Notes under the pieces: generated by a model
Told to the model about the DNA's origin: nothing
Databases searched by the model: none
What the model saw: only the letters and a program-made list of their open reading frames with translations
Shown: positions 39,216 through 52,009 of the stretch, piece after piece
How positions within the stretch are numbered: position 1 is the first letter of the stretch
Layout: every line of letters begins with the position of its first letter
Program-made: the position numbers and the translations under genes
Origin: Octopus vulgaris
Taxonomy: Eukaryota
Assembly: GCA_951406725.2 (NCBI GenBank)
Contig: OX597828.1
Span: 58,900,001 to 58,964,000 of the forward strand
Length of the DNA: 64,000 nt
Direction: 5' to 3'

Positions 39216-40488
39216 TCCAATTATATATATATGGACATGAAATTCTGGGTTCCCATAGACCAGCCATAACTATCATTATCTAATTACTCTACTTATTCTA
39301 TACTTGAAAGGCGAGGAATTATGTACATTTGATGGATGTTTATATATATATCTAATTACTCTACTTACAGTGTGCTTCTCTTTCAGATTTATGATTTACT
39401 GACACCATATATATATATGTGTGTGTGTGTGGTTAACATAAAGTACTATAAAAGCAAGAAGACACATCAATACAATACATATATAATTATATAATTATAC
39501 AACTATACTGTATGTGTATTACCAACATACTAAAATACATAAATTACATAATATAAAAACATGACCCTTCAAGCTAAAGTTGATTGTATGAAATGGTACA
39601 GTGATTGAGTTCAGATGTACTTCAAGTCTTTGTAGTGAGTTTTTGGATATGCTTCAGTTCACAAATATTTTAGTACTACAACTCAGCTCTGTCACGTGAC
39701 ACTCAGGTCCCCTCCCTTCATTCAAAATTCATAAGCTATGCACCTTTTATTCATCGCTATGTTTTACTTTACTCCATCTTGAAGTTCAATATTTCATGTT
39801 ATCCTAAAGAACATCTTTAAAAGTACAAGTTAAATTTATTTAGGTCTGTTACAGATTTCAATAAGTAAAATTTCCTGATATGAATAAAAGAGCACTTTTA
39901 TAATCCAGGCAACTTTCGAAGACAAATACGGCACACTTTTCTCACTTCACAAAATCATTGATCAGTTCAGAATAGTGAAGCTGAGAGCTAAGTTCATGTC
40001 TGATAGATATCATAGGCAATCCACAAAGTCTGGTACATGTTCATGGTACAACGTAATATTTTTACAAGAACCTTTGCAGGTACGATGTATTACCATTTTA
40101 TTTCTTGAAATTTTCAGTTAACATAGATAGTTTAATTCATGTTCAACATCTTAACCAAAGTAAATAGACGACCCATCTATGTACTCTGATCCAAACATGG
40201 GGCCCCTCAACTGCAGGGGTTGCAGGGGCTTAGCAACATTCCTGCCACAACTAGATAATAATCCTTTCTGCTATAGACACAAGACCTGAATATTGCAGGG
40301 GGGAGGTTAGTTGATTACATTGACCCTGCTACTCAACTGGTACTTATTTTATCAACCCTGAAAGGATGAAAGGCAATGTTGACCTTGACGGCATTTGAAC
40401 TCAGAATGTTAAGCTGGAAGAAATGCTGCAAAGTATTTTGTTCAATGATTCTTGATAGCTCACAGCCTTAGACAACTCGATAATAATA

Positions 40489-41054
40489 TTGGGTTGTCTG
40501 GAAAGTTCATGCCAATTTTTAAAGGAAAGAAAAAGGTCAATAAATACTTTCCATTATATTTTTAATCAACCAAATATGAACCATTTTGTTGCACAATGCG
40601 TCTCCATCTTTCCTTTAACTTGAAAATACCCTCTTCCCAGAATTGAGGTGGTTTCATGGCAAAGAATTTATCAAGGTATCTTTTTACGTCATCCAAGAAA
40701 TTGAAATTTTTACCATTAAAACTATTCTGCAGAGACCTGAATAAGTGGAAATCCGAAGGAGCAATATCTGGTGTATATGGAGGTTGGGGTAACACATCCC
40801 AGTCAAGCTGCAGCAATTTTTGTCTGGTTCCCAAAGCATCAAGTGCCGAAAATGAACTTTCTTATCTTCCATTTTAAAGGGTTACAAAATTAACACAGGT
40901 TATAGGAACATAAACCTTCTTCAACGAAAAGATAGCTTAAACTGTGCTCTAAATGGAGGTGTAGTCAAATCCTATTATATGGACTCAACCATGTTCTAAA
41001 ATACATCGAAAGGTAAGCTCCTATAAATCGGCATGAACTTTCCAGACAACCCAA
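40489..41054 (-). mobile_element. Internally deleted mariner (MITE-like, intact TIRs)
   Basis: TA|ttgggttgtctggaaagttcatgcc ... ggcatgaactttccagacaacccaa|TA; N-term MEDKKVHFRHLML fused to C-term LPQPPYTPDIAPSDFHLFRSLQN. Confidence 0.9.
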
Positions 41055-42203
41055 TAGAAAGACTGACAAAGAGATCAAAGCAAACTAGGAGTTACGGGTG
41101 TAGTGTTGTTCAAGAACATGTAGTAATATTTACACTCTTCCTAAAAGTGGCAAACTGGAAGAGTTGTTAGCAAAATGCTTAGTGTTTTATCTGAGTTCAA
41201 ATTCTGTTGAGGCCAACTTTTCATTTCATCTTTTTGTATAAATTTGTACCAGTTGATCCCTAGGGTTTAGGTAATCAACATAGCCCCTCCCCTGAAATTG
41301 CTGGCCTTGTTCTAAAATTTGAAATCAATATTTACATTCTTCCTGCTTAGCACAAAGTGGCTATTAGGCAAGATGCTGTATTTAGTGTCTTCAAGGATAG
41401 TCACTGATGTGAAATGTGGAAAGTAGCTGCATTTAGTGAAGTAAATAACTCTACTTTTGTTGATATACAACCACTACCCTTCCTTTAATCCCCACCTGTA
41501 CCAACAGTACTTCATCACTGCATCACCCGGTCTCTTCTCTTTCAAATGTAGCCCTCCTCTATCACTCCTTTTTCCAACTACAACTATGTTGCTAACATTC
41601 TCCTCATACACACTCTCCCTCTTCTATTCCTCTTCTCAGTCACGTAGTCATGATAAACAGAGGCAACTGACACTCTGTCAGTTACAACGTTAAGTGTCCC
41701 CAATGGCTTGATCAACAAAAAGGCCTGCTTGTGAAATCAACATGCAAGTGGCTGAGCACTCTACAAACATGCATACCCTTAACATAGATCTCGGAGAGAT
41801 TCAGCATGGCAGAGAATATGACAATGCTGGCCCCTTTGAATTACAGCTGAATAGACTGTAACATAGTGAAATAAAGTGTTTTGCTCCAAGACACATCATC
41901 CTACCTGAAATTGAACTCGTGACCTTACGATCATGAGCAAGATAGCCCTAACCACTAAATCACATGCCTTTGCAAACAGAGACAACACAAGGTAACCTTT
42001 CTAGTATGGGTACTGCAGTAAAATGTATCCAGAACATTCTGTAAAGAGGGTGGGCATTAATAGTTGTAATCCAGATAAGGAATGACTTGGATCATGATGG
42101 CCAATCCAAGCCATGCCGGAGAAAGTGGATGCAAAATGATGATGAAGATAATGATGATAAAGATGATAATTAAAACAAACAGATGAACGTAAGGACAACT
42201 TAC

Positions 42204-42306
42204 CTAGCCACAATGTTACTAGAAGAATAATAAGCGTTATAACTGCAACACGGGGTCTCTGTAAACACAAGCCATATTTGGAATGCCAACATTTTAAAAT
42301 CCTCAT
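42204..42306 (-). CDS. HtrL/YibB-like gene, coding exon 1 (cytoplasmic tail + signal anchor)
   Basis: ATG 42306; MRILKCWHSKYGLCLQRPR-VAVITLIILLVTLWL; donor G|GTAAGT phase 1; an acceptor just upstream of the ATG implies an upstream non-coding exon. Confidence 0.72.
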
Positions 42307-44119
42307 TGCACTGTATCTCTTTAGGCTAGAAATATCAAACCAGATACAAACATGTCGCTTGTCAGTTCAGATATTTTTTTTTACCAACTTAATGGTAAGT
42401 CATTAGATATGTCAGTTGATCAAAGTTTAACATAACAATTTAATAATGAAATGAAACCAATGTAAAGATTAATTAGAAACCAACCCACCTATACCACACC
42501 TGGTTCTATGATTTAAAATGTTTTAAAGTAATCTAAATCAAAACCTACCAATAAAATTTCAGGTTCCAAACACCAGGTTAAAATTAATGAAGTTATTTCT
42601 TCATTTATTTCCCAAACTAATTGAAACAAAAAGTGTATTTCAAAAGAAATATGGTAACAAAATGGTTAATTGCTTCAGGTATATTAAAATAATGTAAGAT
42701 ATACTGCAACATTTTGTTTTGTACTGAATTTAATACAGCTTAATTAGAGTACTAATCAAAGGATCATCATTTCACATTTTAGAAACAAGAGCTGCACTGT
42801 ATCCATAATCAATAGAAATAGGTACCATGAATTGTTCCAGTTCACATGAAGAATATGATGTAATTAATACAATTTTTGTTTGTATATTGAGCTGATTTCA
42901 AGGAAGAAACCAATATATTCTTCCTTAGATGCTGCACATTCTACATCAATCTAAAGTTATCAGTTTTGTCTTTGCCTTGGTGCTTGACTATTGCTGACGC
43001 TTCAGCTATGGAGTTTCAAAAAAGAGAATAAACCTCTAAGACTTGTAGTATTAGTTTGCTGTATCTCATGAGGATTGCATTGAGCTGACATTAACCAAGA
43101 CATAATTGTTCATATTTCAGAATAACTGGCAGAAAATTAATTAGCAATGATGTGGAGATTTCTTCGTTTGATTACAGCCTGATCCACAATGAAAACTACA
43201 AAATTATATCTTCAGTAAAGGCTCTTTCAAAGAACAGCTGAAACAGAGGCTGATATGAAGGTTTTAAGAATGAACACTGCATATTTCAGATATTAAGATT
43301 CACAAGAAATAATGTAAGTTTTCATCAGATATGATTAATTTGGTAGTATTACTTCTCTACAGTCAAACAATCATTCTTAAAATAAAAGCTTTAACCCTTT
43401 GTTACCAACCTCAGCTGAAAACAATTTATATTCCTAACATGAGCCGAATGATAACTAAGTTATTTTACTAAATTTTTTGTTATATTTAAAGTAATTGAAA
43501 GAAACACAGAGCATCTCAAAATAAATACAGTAATGAAAGGGTTAATGAGTCATGGAAATATGCCACACTGAATAACTGCCAAGCAGAAGATAAATTTTAT
43601 TGTGTAAAAATATGTTTCTTTAGCTTAGGGGAAACTTTGCTTGGTTTTAATTTCATGATATCAATTTGATAAGAATAACTCTACTCACTGATGGGATAAC
43701 TTTACATTAGATAACATTCCCAGAATATTGGATATCTATTCCCAATAACTTGGTGAATTGAAGCTCATAGACAGAAGTGAAGAACTTTAGTAATGCAATA
43801 CCATACACACTCTGCTATTTCACTTCTACAAGAGAAACATTTTGGAAAAAGCAAAAATCACAAAATGCTTTTATTTCAGCCTAGAGTTATTTGATTATAT
43901 TTGAGAATGACACAACCTCATTTTTGCTACCACCAAATACACAAAACTTTGATGTGAGTGGAAATGAATATTATTGCATTTATTATCATACATTAACATT
44001 ATCATAACTTAAGTATAGAAGGTGGAGGATGTGTATGGGGTGGAATGAAATGAAGTGGTCTTGTGAAAGAGGATCACCTCATTTCTAACTTTATATTTTA
44101 CAGTATTGTGTTATATATA

Positions 44120-44151
<32 letters not shown>

Positions 44152-44995
44152 CAACTTATAAACAAGGGCAAAGGAAAAAAATGTCAATGCCAAATATGCC
44201 GAAATAGGCTTAATCGTCAATAACTATATAATTTATCACTATAAGCAGAAATTGGGACCGATCCGATAATAACAAAATTTTTAAGAAATCTCTATCGGCT
44301 TGCTTTCGAGACGCATGCTTATAATGATAAATTATTTAGTTATTGACGATTAAGCCTATTTCGGCATATTTGGCATTGAAATTTTTTTCTTTTGCCCTTG
44401 TTTATAAGTTGTTTATAAATTTAACCTTTATAGGTATTTCTTTAATTGATAAAATTTTTTTGAAAACTTTATCCTATATTAGATGTAAGTTTAATACTAT
44501 TCACTTCCGGACTCTCTCACTCTATGAGAATTTTCAGTCCAATCTCATGTGTCTCGAGGTATGCTGTGGAATTTCTATTTTGGATGTATTTGGGGTACTT
44601 AATTGTGCTCATGACTTAGTGTTTACTTCTTCCATGGGTACAAGTAAGTATCTCATTTATTTTCTTATTGTATTTATAGCTGATGACAAGAAAATTCTAA
44701 ATGAATTAACTCAGAAATTGGGACTGATCTGATAATATTGAAATTTTTTAGAAATTTCTATCGGCTTGCTTTCGAGACGTGTGCTTATAGTGATAAATAA
44801 TATGGTTATTGATGATTAAGTCTATTTCGGCATATTTGGCATTAAAATTTTTTTCTTTTGCCTTTTTTATAAGTTGTTCATAAATTTAATCTTTAAAAGT
44901 ATTTTTTTTAATATGCCAGCCATTGATAAAAATTTTTCGAAAATTTTATCCTATATTAGATGTATATATATATATACATCTAATATAGGATAAAA
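44152..44995. repeat. Inverted plus tandem repeat block with PLE pseudo-LTR-like architecture
   Basis: 44152-44240 is inverted relative to about 44325-44415; about 44245-44485 is repeated at about 44712-44965; short inverted end 44977-44996. Confidence 0.6.
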
Positions 44996-45348
44996 TTCTA
45001 CTACCATGTTCTTAATGATGAAATTAACCTCTCTGTCTATATATCTACCCTCTTTGTAATGTTGGCAAATGAAATAAGTATAAAAATGTACATTGTCCAT
45101 TTAATTAAAAAATCCTATATGTGGCTGAAGATTACATGACATTTTAAAACTGATGTAATACTTACAGTGTTTAATAAAATGAAGTAGCATGAAACGATTG
45201 TACTACACTACCTTGGATATCCTTGTTGCTTATTTTGATTATAATCACTCCATTTGATTTATAGGTATATATATATATATATATATATAAACAACAGAGA
45301 ACATATGAGCTGAAAGAAAAACTGGGTATAAGAGGAATCAGAAGTAGT

Positions 45349-46395
45349 CATCATCATCATCATCATCGTTTAACGTCCGTTTTCCGCGCTAGCACGGGTT
45401 GGACGGTTCGACCGGGGTCTGGGGAGCCAGGGGCTGCCCCAGGCTCCAGTCTGATCTGGCAGTGTTTCTACAGCTGGATGCCCTTTCTAACGCCAACCAC
45501 TCCGCGAGTGTAGTGGGTGCTTTTTATGTGCCACCTGCACAGGTGCCAGAGGGGTCTGGCATCGGCCATGATCAGTTGGTGCTTTTTTTTATGTGCTTCG
45601 GCACAGAAGCCAGTCAAGGTGGTGCTGGCATCGGTCACGTTCGGATGGTGCTTTTTATGTGCCACCGGCACAGAAGCCATTCGAGGCAGGGTTGGCATCG
45701 GTCACGTTCGGATGGTGCTTTTTATGTGCCACCGGCACAGAAGCCAGTGGAGGCTGCACTGGCAACGGCCACGTTCGGATGGTGCTTTTTATGTGTCACC
45801 AGCACAGGTATCACAGCTACTGTTTCCATTGATATTTGGTTCGATGTTCATGTGCCACCGGCACAGAAGCCATTCGAGGCGGGGTAGGCATCGGCCACGT
45901 TCGGATGGTGCTTTTTATGTGTCACCGGCACAGGTATCACAACTACTGTTTCCATTGATATTTGGTTCGATGTTCATGTGCCACCGGCACAGAAGCCATT
46001 CGAGGCGGGGTAGGCATCGGCCACGTTCGGATGGTGCTTTTTATGTGCCACCAGCACAGAAGCCAGTGGAGGCTGCACTGGCAACAGCCACGTTCGGATG
46101 GTGCTTTTTATGTGTCACCGGCACAGGTATCACAACTACTGTTTCCATTGATATTTGGTTCGATGTTCATGTATATGCACTTGACTCGACAGGTCTCCTT
46201 AAGCACAGCGAGATGTTCCGGGATCCAAGGTACTTTGGATGGGCAGGGGGTATGCGGAACTGGTGCCGGGAGCATCCCGGGTCTTAGTAGTCACAGCACA
46301 TCTCCAGAGATCTCGGTCCTTTGCCATTGCCTCAGTGAGGCCCAACGCTCTGAGGTCATGCTTGACTACCTCATCCCATGTCTTCCTAGCAGTCT
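45349..46395 (-). mobile_element. 5'-truncated RTE LINE with internally repeated 3' UTR and (GAT)n tail
   Basis: - strand RKTWDEVVKHDLRALGLTEAMAKDRDLWRCAV is an RTE C-terminus; same tail (gcggacgttaaacgatgatgatg) at 46696-47099(+), 47960-48505(-), 48761-49003(-), 50982-51128(+), 55140-55367(+). Confidence 0.85.
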
Positions 46396-47449
46396 GTCTG
46401 TTGGTAAGGACATGTGAGGTGTATGAAGGGTGACAGATGAGTCGAGATTTTTTTCTCTCTGTATAAGGATCCATATAAACAAACATCTCACAGTGTTCCC
46501 AACACAGCCAATTTTTATCCAGCTTCTCGTTTATTGCTTCACTTCCAATATCTTAGAGAAGATGAAAACTGTCACAACAAATCCCTTTCTTTATCCCCTT
46601 CAGTTTGTCTGCCTGCCTGCTTGCCATAAAGCCATTCTGGAACTTTAGCAAAGAGTGAAATATAATCCAAATAAGAAGACAAAGAATTTAATACATCATT
46701 GACTGGCGTCCGTGCTAGCAGGGTGCAAAGAGCACCATACGGGCGTGATCAGTGACAGAGCGGCTAACTGGCTTCTGTGCCAGTGGCACTTAAAAGGCAC
46801 CATTCTAGCGTGATCGTTACCAGCATTGCATTGCTGGCACCTGTGCCGGTGGCATGTGTAAAGGATTCGAGCGTGGTCGTTGCCAGTACCACCTGACTGG
46901 CCCCGTGACGGTGGCACGTAAAAAGCACCCACAACACTCTAGGATTGGTTGGCATTAGGAAGGGCACCCAGCTGTAGAAACTCTGCCAGATCAAGATTGA
47001 GGTCGGGTGCAGCCATCTGGTTCGCCAGCCCTCAGTCAATCATCCAACCCATGCTAGCATGGAAAGCGGACGTTAAATGATGATGATGATGATGATGATT
47101 AACGACCCGTTACAATTGTTTCCCTACCAACTCAACTTTCAATGTCAGTTCATGCAAAAGTTCCAAGTGAAAGTTTTCACAATATTTGCGGTTTTAAACA
47201 TTAGTGCAGCATTTCTTCAGATCTGCATCAAAGGTGCAGATTTTTACATATTGCATCTGCCAGACTTTGTGTTTTGCTTATATTGGAGAGAAACAAGAAG
47301 TAAATAAAGACGAAAATGTAAATATATGTAAAAAGATGGCCGGGGCAAATATAGTCTCAATACCAAAGGAGATAAAAGCATGGTTAAGGGAGGAAGAGGA
47401 GAAAGGAGAAGGACATGAGGAAAAAGAAAAGAAGAAGAACTTATGGAGA

Positions 47450-47920
47450 TTTAGCGAAGGTTTTGTAGTATTTAATTGGGCACAGTATCAGAACTTCATT
47501 ATATTTGTTTTGTGGTATGTTTTTAGTGCTTCGACAAAGCATAGGTTGTATCCACCTCCCATGTAGGCGAGCACAGTTCTCACCACAGACCAGGAATTTT
47601 CGTATGGTACTTTCTCATATCAGCTCTGCCAGTCCCATATCAGCTCAGTCAAAGATGTAGACTTATGCTTGTTAAAAGTTCTTAAAAGGAGTTGATGTGG
47701 CTTTCGTGTGAATATTTAAATTGGGAAGATGTTGCTTGGATGTAGTGGTAAGTATTATTATCTGTAACAACAGTGTCCCTATAAATCATATTCTTCCTAA
47801 GGCACTGATTAACTTGTGGACTGTATTTAGTGCTGTTAAATTTTAAATGTGCTCAAATACAATACCTGATGAACAACATAATGTAACTTTAAATTTTCCT
47901 TTTTCATATATTTCTTTGAA
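47450..47920 (-). mobile_element. Penelope-like GIY-YIG endonuclease remnant
   Basis: - strand VNQCLRKNMIYRDTVVTDNNTYHYIQATSSQFKYSHESHINSF..STSLTELIWDW..PYENSWSVV..AY...NLCFVE, matching PLE EN layout CL..IY..YIG.T..FK..H..SF..T.L..IW..NLC..E. Confidence 0.65.
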
Positions 47921-49003
47921 CCTTGCTGTCTATTTCCTTATTTTCTGACGAAGGGGACATTCATCATCATCATCATCATCATTTATCGTCCGCTTTCCAT
48001 GCTAGCATGGGTTGGATGGTTCGACCGGGGTCTGGGAAGCCAGGAAGCTGCACCAGGCCCAGTCTGATCTGGCAGTGTTTCTATAGCTGGATGCCCTTCC
48101 TAACACCAACCACTCCGTGAGTGTAGTGGGTGCTTTTTACGTGCCACCGGCACAGGTACCAGGCAAGGCTGGCAACGGCCACGATCGGTTGGTGCTTTTT
48201 ACATGCCACCAGCATGGAGACCAGTTGAGACGGTGCTGGCAACAACCATGTTCAAATGGTTCTCTTATGTGCCACCAGCACTGGTATCACAACTACAATT
48301 TCCATTGATTATTGAGCGATTTCGATTTCACTTGCCTCAACAGGTCTTCGCAAGCAGAGTTTTGCGTCCCAAGAAGGAAAGGTATGCATAAGTGGACTGG
48401 CTACATCCCAGGTAAAGGCGACGAGTTATGATCTCACTTTTCCTGCCGGGTCTTCTCACCCACAGCATATTTCCAAAGGTCTCGGTCACTAGTCATTGCC
48501 TTGGTGTCAGTGTGAAACTAAAGGATTCATAGCTTGTAAACAAATGGACTCCGAAAATGGCCATCGAAATACATCTTACATGGTGCTATAATCCTGTATA
48601 AACATTTCTTTAGAACTTATTTATAAACAAATTTATTCTTATATTTCTCTGACTTTCAAATCCATCATTAAGATTCCTCACTGCTGTCGATGTATCTTAC
48701 AACTTTCAATTCTTAATTAAACATTTTTCATATTAAATTTAATATGATTTTTAATCCATGTCATCATCATCATCATCATCGTTTAACGTCCGTTTTCCGC
48801 GCTAGCACGGGTTGGACGGTTTCGACCGGGGTCTGGGGAGCTCGGGACTGCCCCAGGCTCCAGTCTAGTCTGGCAGTGTTTCTACAGCTGGATGCCCTTC
48901 CTAACGCCAACCACTCCGCGAGTGTAGTGGGTGTTTTTTTACGTGCCACCTGCACAGGTGCCAGAGGGGTCTGGCATCGGCCACGTTCGGATGGTGCTTT
49001 TTA

Positions 49004-49862
49004 TGGGGGGGGTGCAGAAATATAGGGGAGCACCAGTGGGAGGGGTGGTTCAGAGGACAGGTACTAGTCAAGTAGAACGTAGGATATCGAGAGAGGGGTA
49101 ATGCATGGTGAAATAGCGTATTGAAGAGGGGGGTTCAAAGAGTAGACACCTATAATGGTGGTGGGGGGTGCAGAAATATAGGGGAGCACCAGTGGGAGGG
49201 GTGGTTCAGGGGACAGGTTCTAGGCAAGTAGAACGTAGGATATCGAGAGAGGGGTAATGCATGGTGAAATAGCGTATTGAAGAGGGGGTTCAAAGAGTAG
49301 ACACCTATTATGGTGGTGGGGGGTGCAGAAATATAGGGGAGCACCAGTGGGAGGGGTGGGCACCAGTGGGAGGGGTGGTTCAGAGGACAGGTTCTAGGCA
49401 AGTAGAACGTAGGATATCGAGAGAGGGGTAATGCATGGTGAATAGCGTATTGAAGAGGGGGTTCAAAGAGTAGACACCTATAATGGTGGTGGGGGGGTGC
49501 AGAAATATAGGGGAGCACCAGTGGGAGGGGTGGTTCAGAGGACAGGTTCTAGGCAAGTAGAACGTAGGATATCGAGAGAGGGGTAATGCATGGTGAAATA
49601 GCGTATTGAAGAGGGGGTTCAAAGAGTAGACACCTATAATGGTGGTGGGGGGATGCAGAAATATAGGGGAGCACCAGTGGGAGGGGTGAGCACCAGTGGG
49701 AGGGGTGAGCACCAGTGGGAGGGGTGAGCACCAGTGGGAGGGGTGGTCCAGAGGACAGGTTCTAGGCAAGTAGAACGTAGGATATCGAGAGAGGGGTAAT
49801 GCATGGTGAAATAGCGTATTGAAGAGGGGGTTCAAAGAGTAGACACCTATAATGGTGGTGGG
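49004..49862. repeat. G-rich tandem repeat, unit about 160 bp (longer where internal 19-bp duplications occur), about 5 copies
   Basis: Repeated gcagaaatatagggg-agcaccagtgggaggggtgg...agacacctataatggtggtggg; 1 to 4 copies of gcaccagtgggaggggtg per unit. Confidence 0.9.
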
Positions 49863-49940
49863 AGAAAACGACATCCGGTATAGTTGGAGCAAAATAGAGA
49901 TATCCGGTATTGGTGGTGGGGGTGGGTAGGGCGGGCGCGC

Positions 49941-50565
49941 CGCGAAGAATCGGCAGCCAATTTCTATAAGGGAGATAGATCTTAAAATATCTATAACGAT
50001 AACTAGTGAATTATACAGAATATGCAAAACGAGGCGAGGCTGAAATAGTAAACAGAGTGGCGACTAGGGGGATCAGAATAATAATAATTAATAAATAATA
50101 ATAATAAATAGAGATACGGATGAATTAAAGTTCAAAGATTTCTTATCTTGAGATCACTTCGTTTACGGACAGACTTGGCAAAAGGAATTCGGAATCAAGA
50201 ATGAGGCAGTTTACTAGCTTAAGTATGCATAGCCATGGCGGGTGGTAGGAAGAGAGGAGTCCAGACAGACGACAATGTAACAAGAGGGGGAGAGAAGGGA
50301 AGGGAAGAGAAAAAAAACCCCGCGAAGAATCGGCAGTCAATTTCTATAAGGGAGATAGATCTTAAAATATCTATAACGATAACTAGTGAATTATACAGAA
50401 TATGCAAAACGAGGCGAGGCTGAAATAGTAAACAGAGTGGCGACTAGGGGGATCAGAATAATAATAATTAATAAATAATAATAATAAATAGAGATACGGA
50501 TGAATTAAAGTTCAAAGATTTCTTATCTTGAGATCACTTCGTTTACGGACAGACTTGGCAAAAGG
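49941..50565. repeat. Direct duplication of about 245 bp (offset 380)
   Basis: 49941-50185 is repeated at 50321-50565 almost exactly. Confidence 0.9.
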
Positions 50566-50860
50566 ATGTATCATTATTTATTTATTCACTCCTTTCACAT
50601 ATATTTTTACCTCGTATTTCTTATTTGTATTCTAAATAATATAGTGATATGATCCTTGCCTTGGTGTATTTATTATGTTATATGTATTTATTATGTTGAT
50701 GTAAATCATAACTATAGGATGATTATCCAAATATTGTCTCTTCTTAAACCAAGTTATATACAAAGTCTGGTGTCTGGGTTCAACCTGAGCACTTTCAAGC
50801 AATTGTGCAAAAAAACGTTTTCCGAAAGAAGAAACAATACATACATATACATATACATAC

Positions 50861-50916
<56 letters not shown>

Positions 50917-50946
50917 GTATGTGTGTATATATATATATATGTATGC

Positions 50947-50985
<39 letters not shown>

Positions 50986-51420
50986 CGTTAGGAAGGGCAT
51001 CCAGCCGTAGAAACACTGCCAGATTTGACTGGGCCTGATGAAGCCTTCTGGCTTCACAGACCCCAGTAGAACCGTCCAACCCATGCTAGCATGGAAAACG
51101 GACGCTAAACGATGATGATGATGATGATATATATATATATATATATAGTTGTATATGTGTGTGTGTATATGTATATATCTTCTCTTATGATAAAAGGCAG
51201 ATTTTCTCTGCCTCTGATATAGTTTGTTTTTAATACAATTGTACAATATAGAATTTCTTCAATTGGAATTTACCTATGATTTTTCGAACTACATTCCATT
51301 CTATATTTTATAAATTAAAATTGGTTTTTAATTTACTTTCTGTGGCTAAGTTTTGGTAGTATTCATTTGCGAGCATACTTCAGTTGTCAATTGTTGAAAG
51401 AAAGAAATTGTAAGCTAAGA

Positions 51421-51463
<43 letters not shown>

Positions 51464-51496
51464 CATGTGTGTGTGTGAGTGTGTGTGTGTGTGTCT

Positions 51497-51529
<33 letters not shown>

Positions 51530-52009
51530 TAGGAAGTGAAGGATAAAAATATGGCAAGAAGTGGACAGATGTACATATATACATACATACATCCATATAT
51601 GTGTGTGTGTGTATGTATGTGTATTAATGTGTGTGTGTTATCTCTCTCTATATAAAGCTCAAGTTGTCTGTCTGCGCCAGGTTTGGTAACCTTCAACTAA
51701 CACTATCTCCTCCGAGACCCTGCGGTGCAAGTTGACCAAAATTGAGAGTATGATAGAAGAAGGGTTGTTCTTCCTTCTGTAGAAGATAAAATTCAAATCA
51801 GACCATGTTAACACCAAAAATTATTTACATCAAAAAGGTGCTTTTTTCTATGAAAATCCCTATTTTTTACGATTTTTTTCACTGCTGTGTCACCACTTTA
51901 CGGTGTATTTCAACCAGAAAAATGTTCACTTGAAGAGAATAACAATGCTACATAATGCAAAATTTTTACTTTTCAAAAATTCCAGTTCCATATTAAAGTA
52001 TATTTATTA

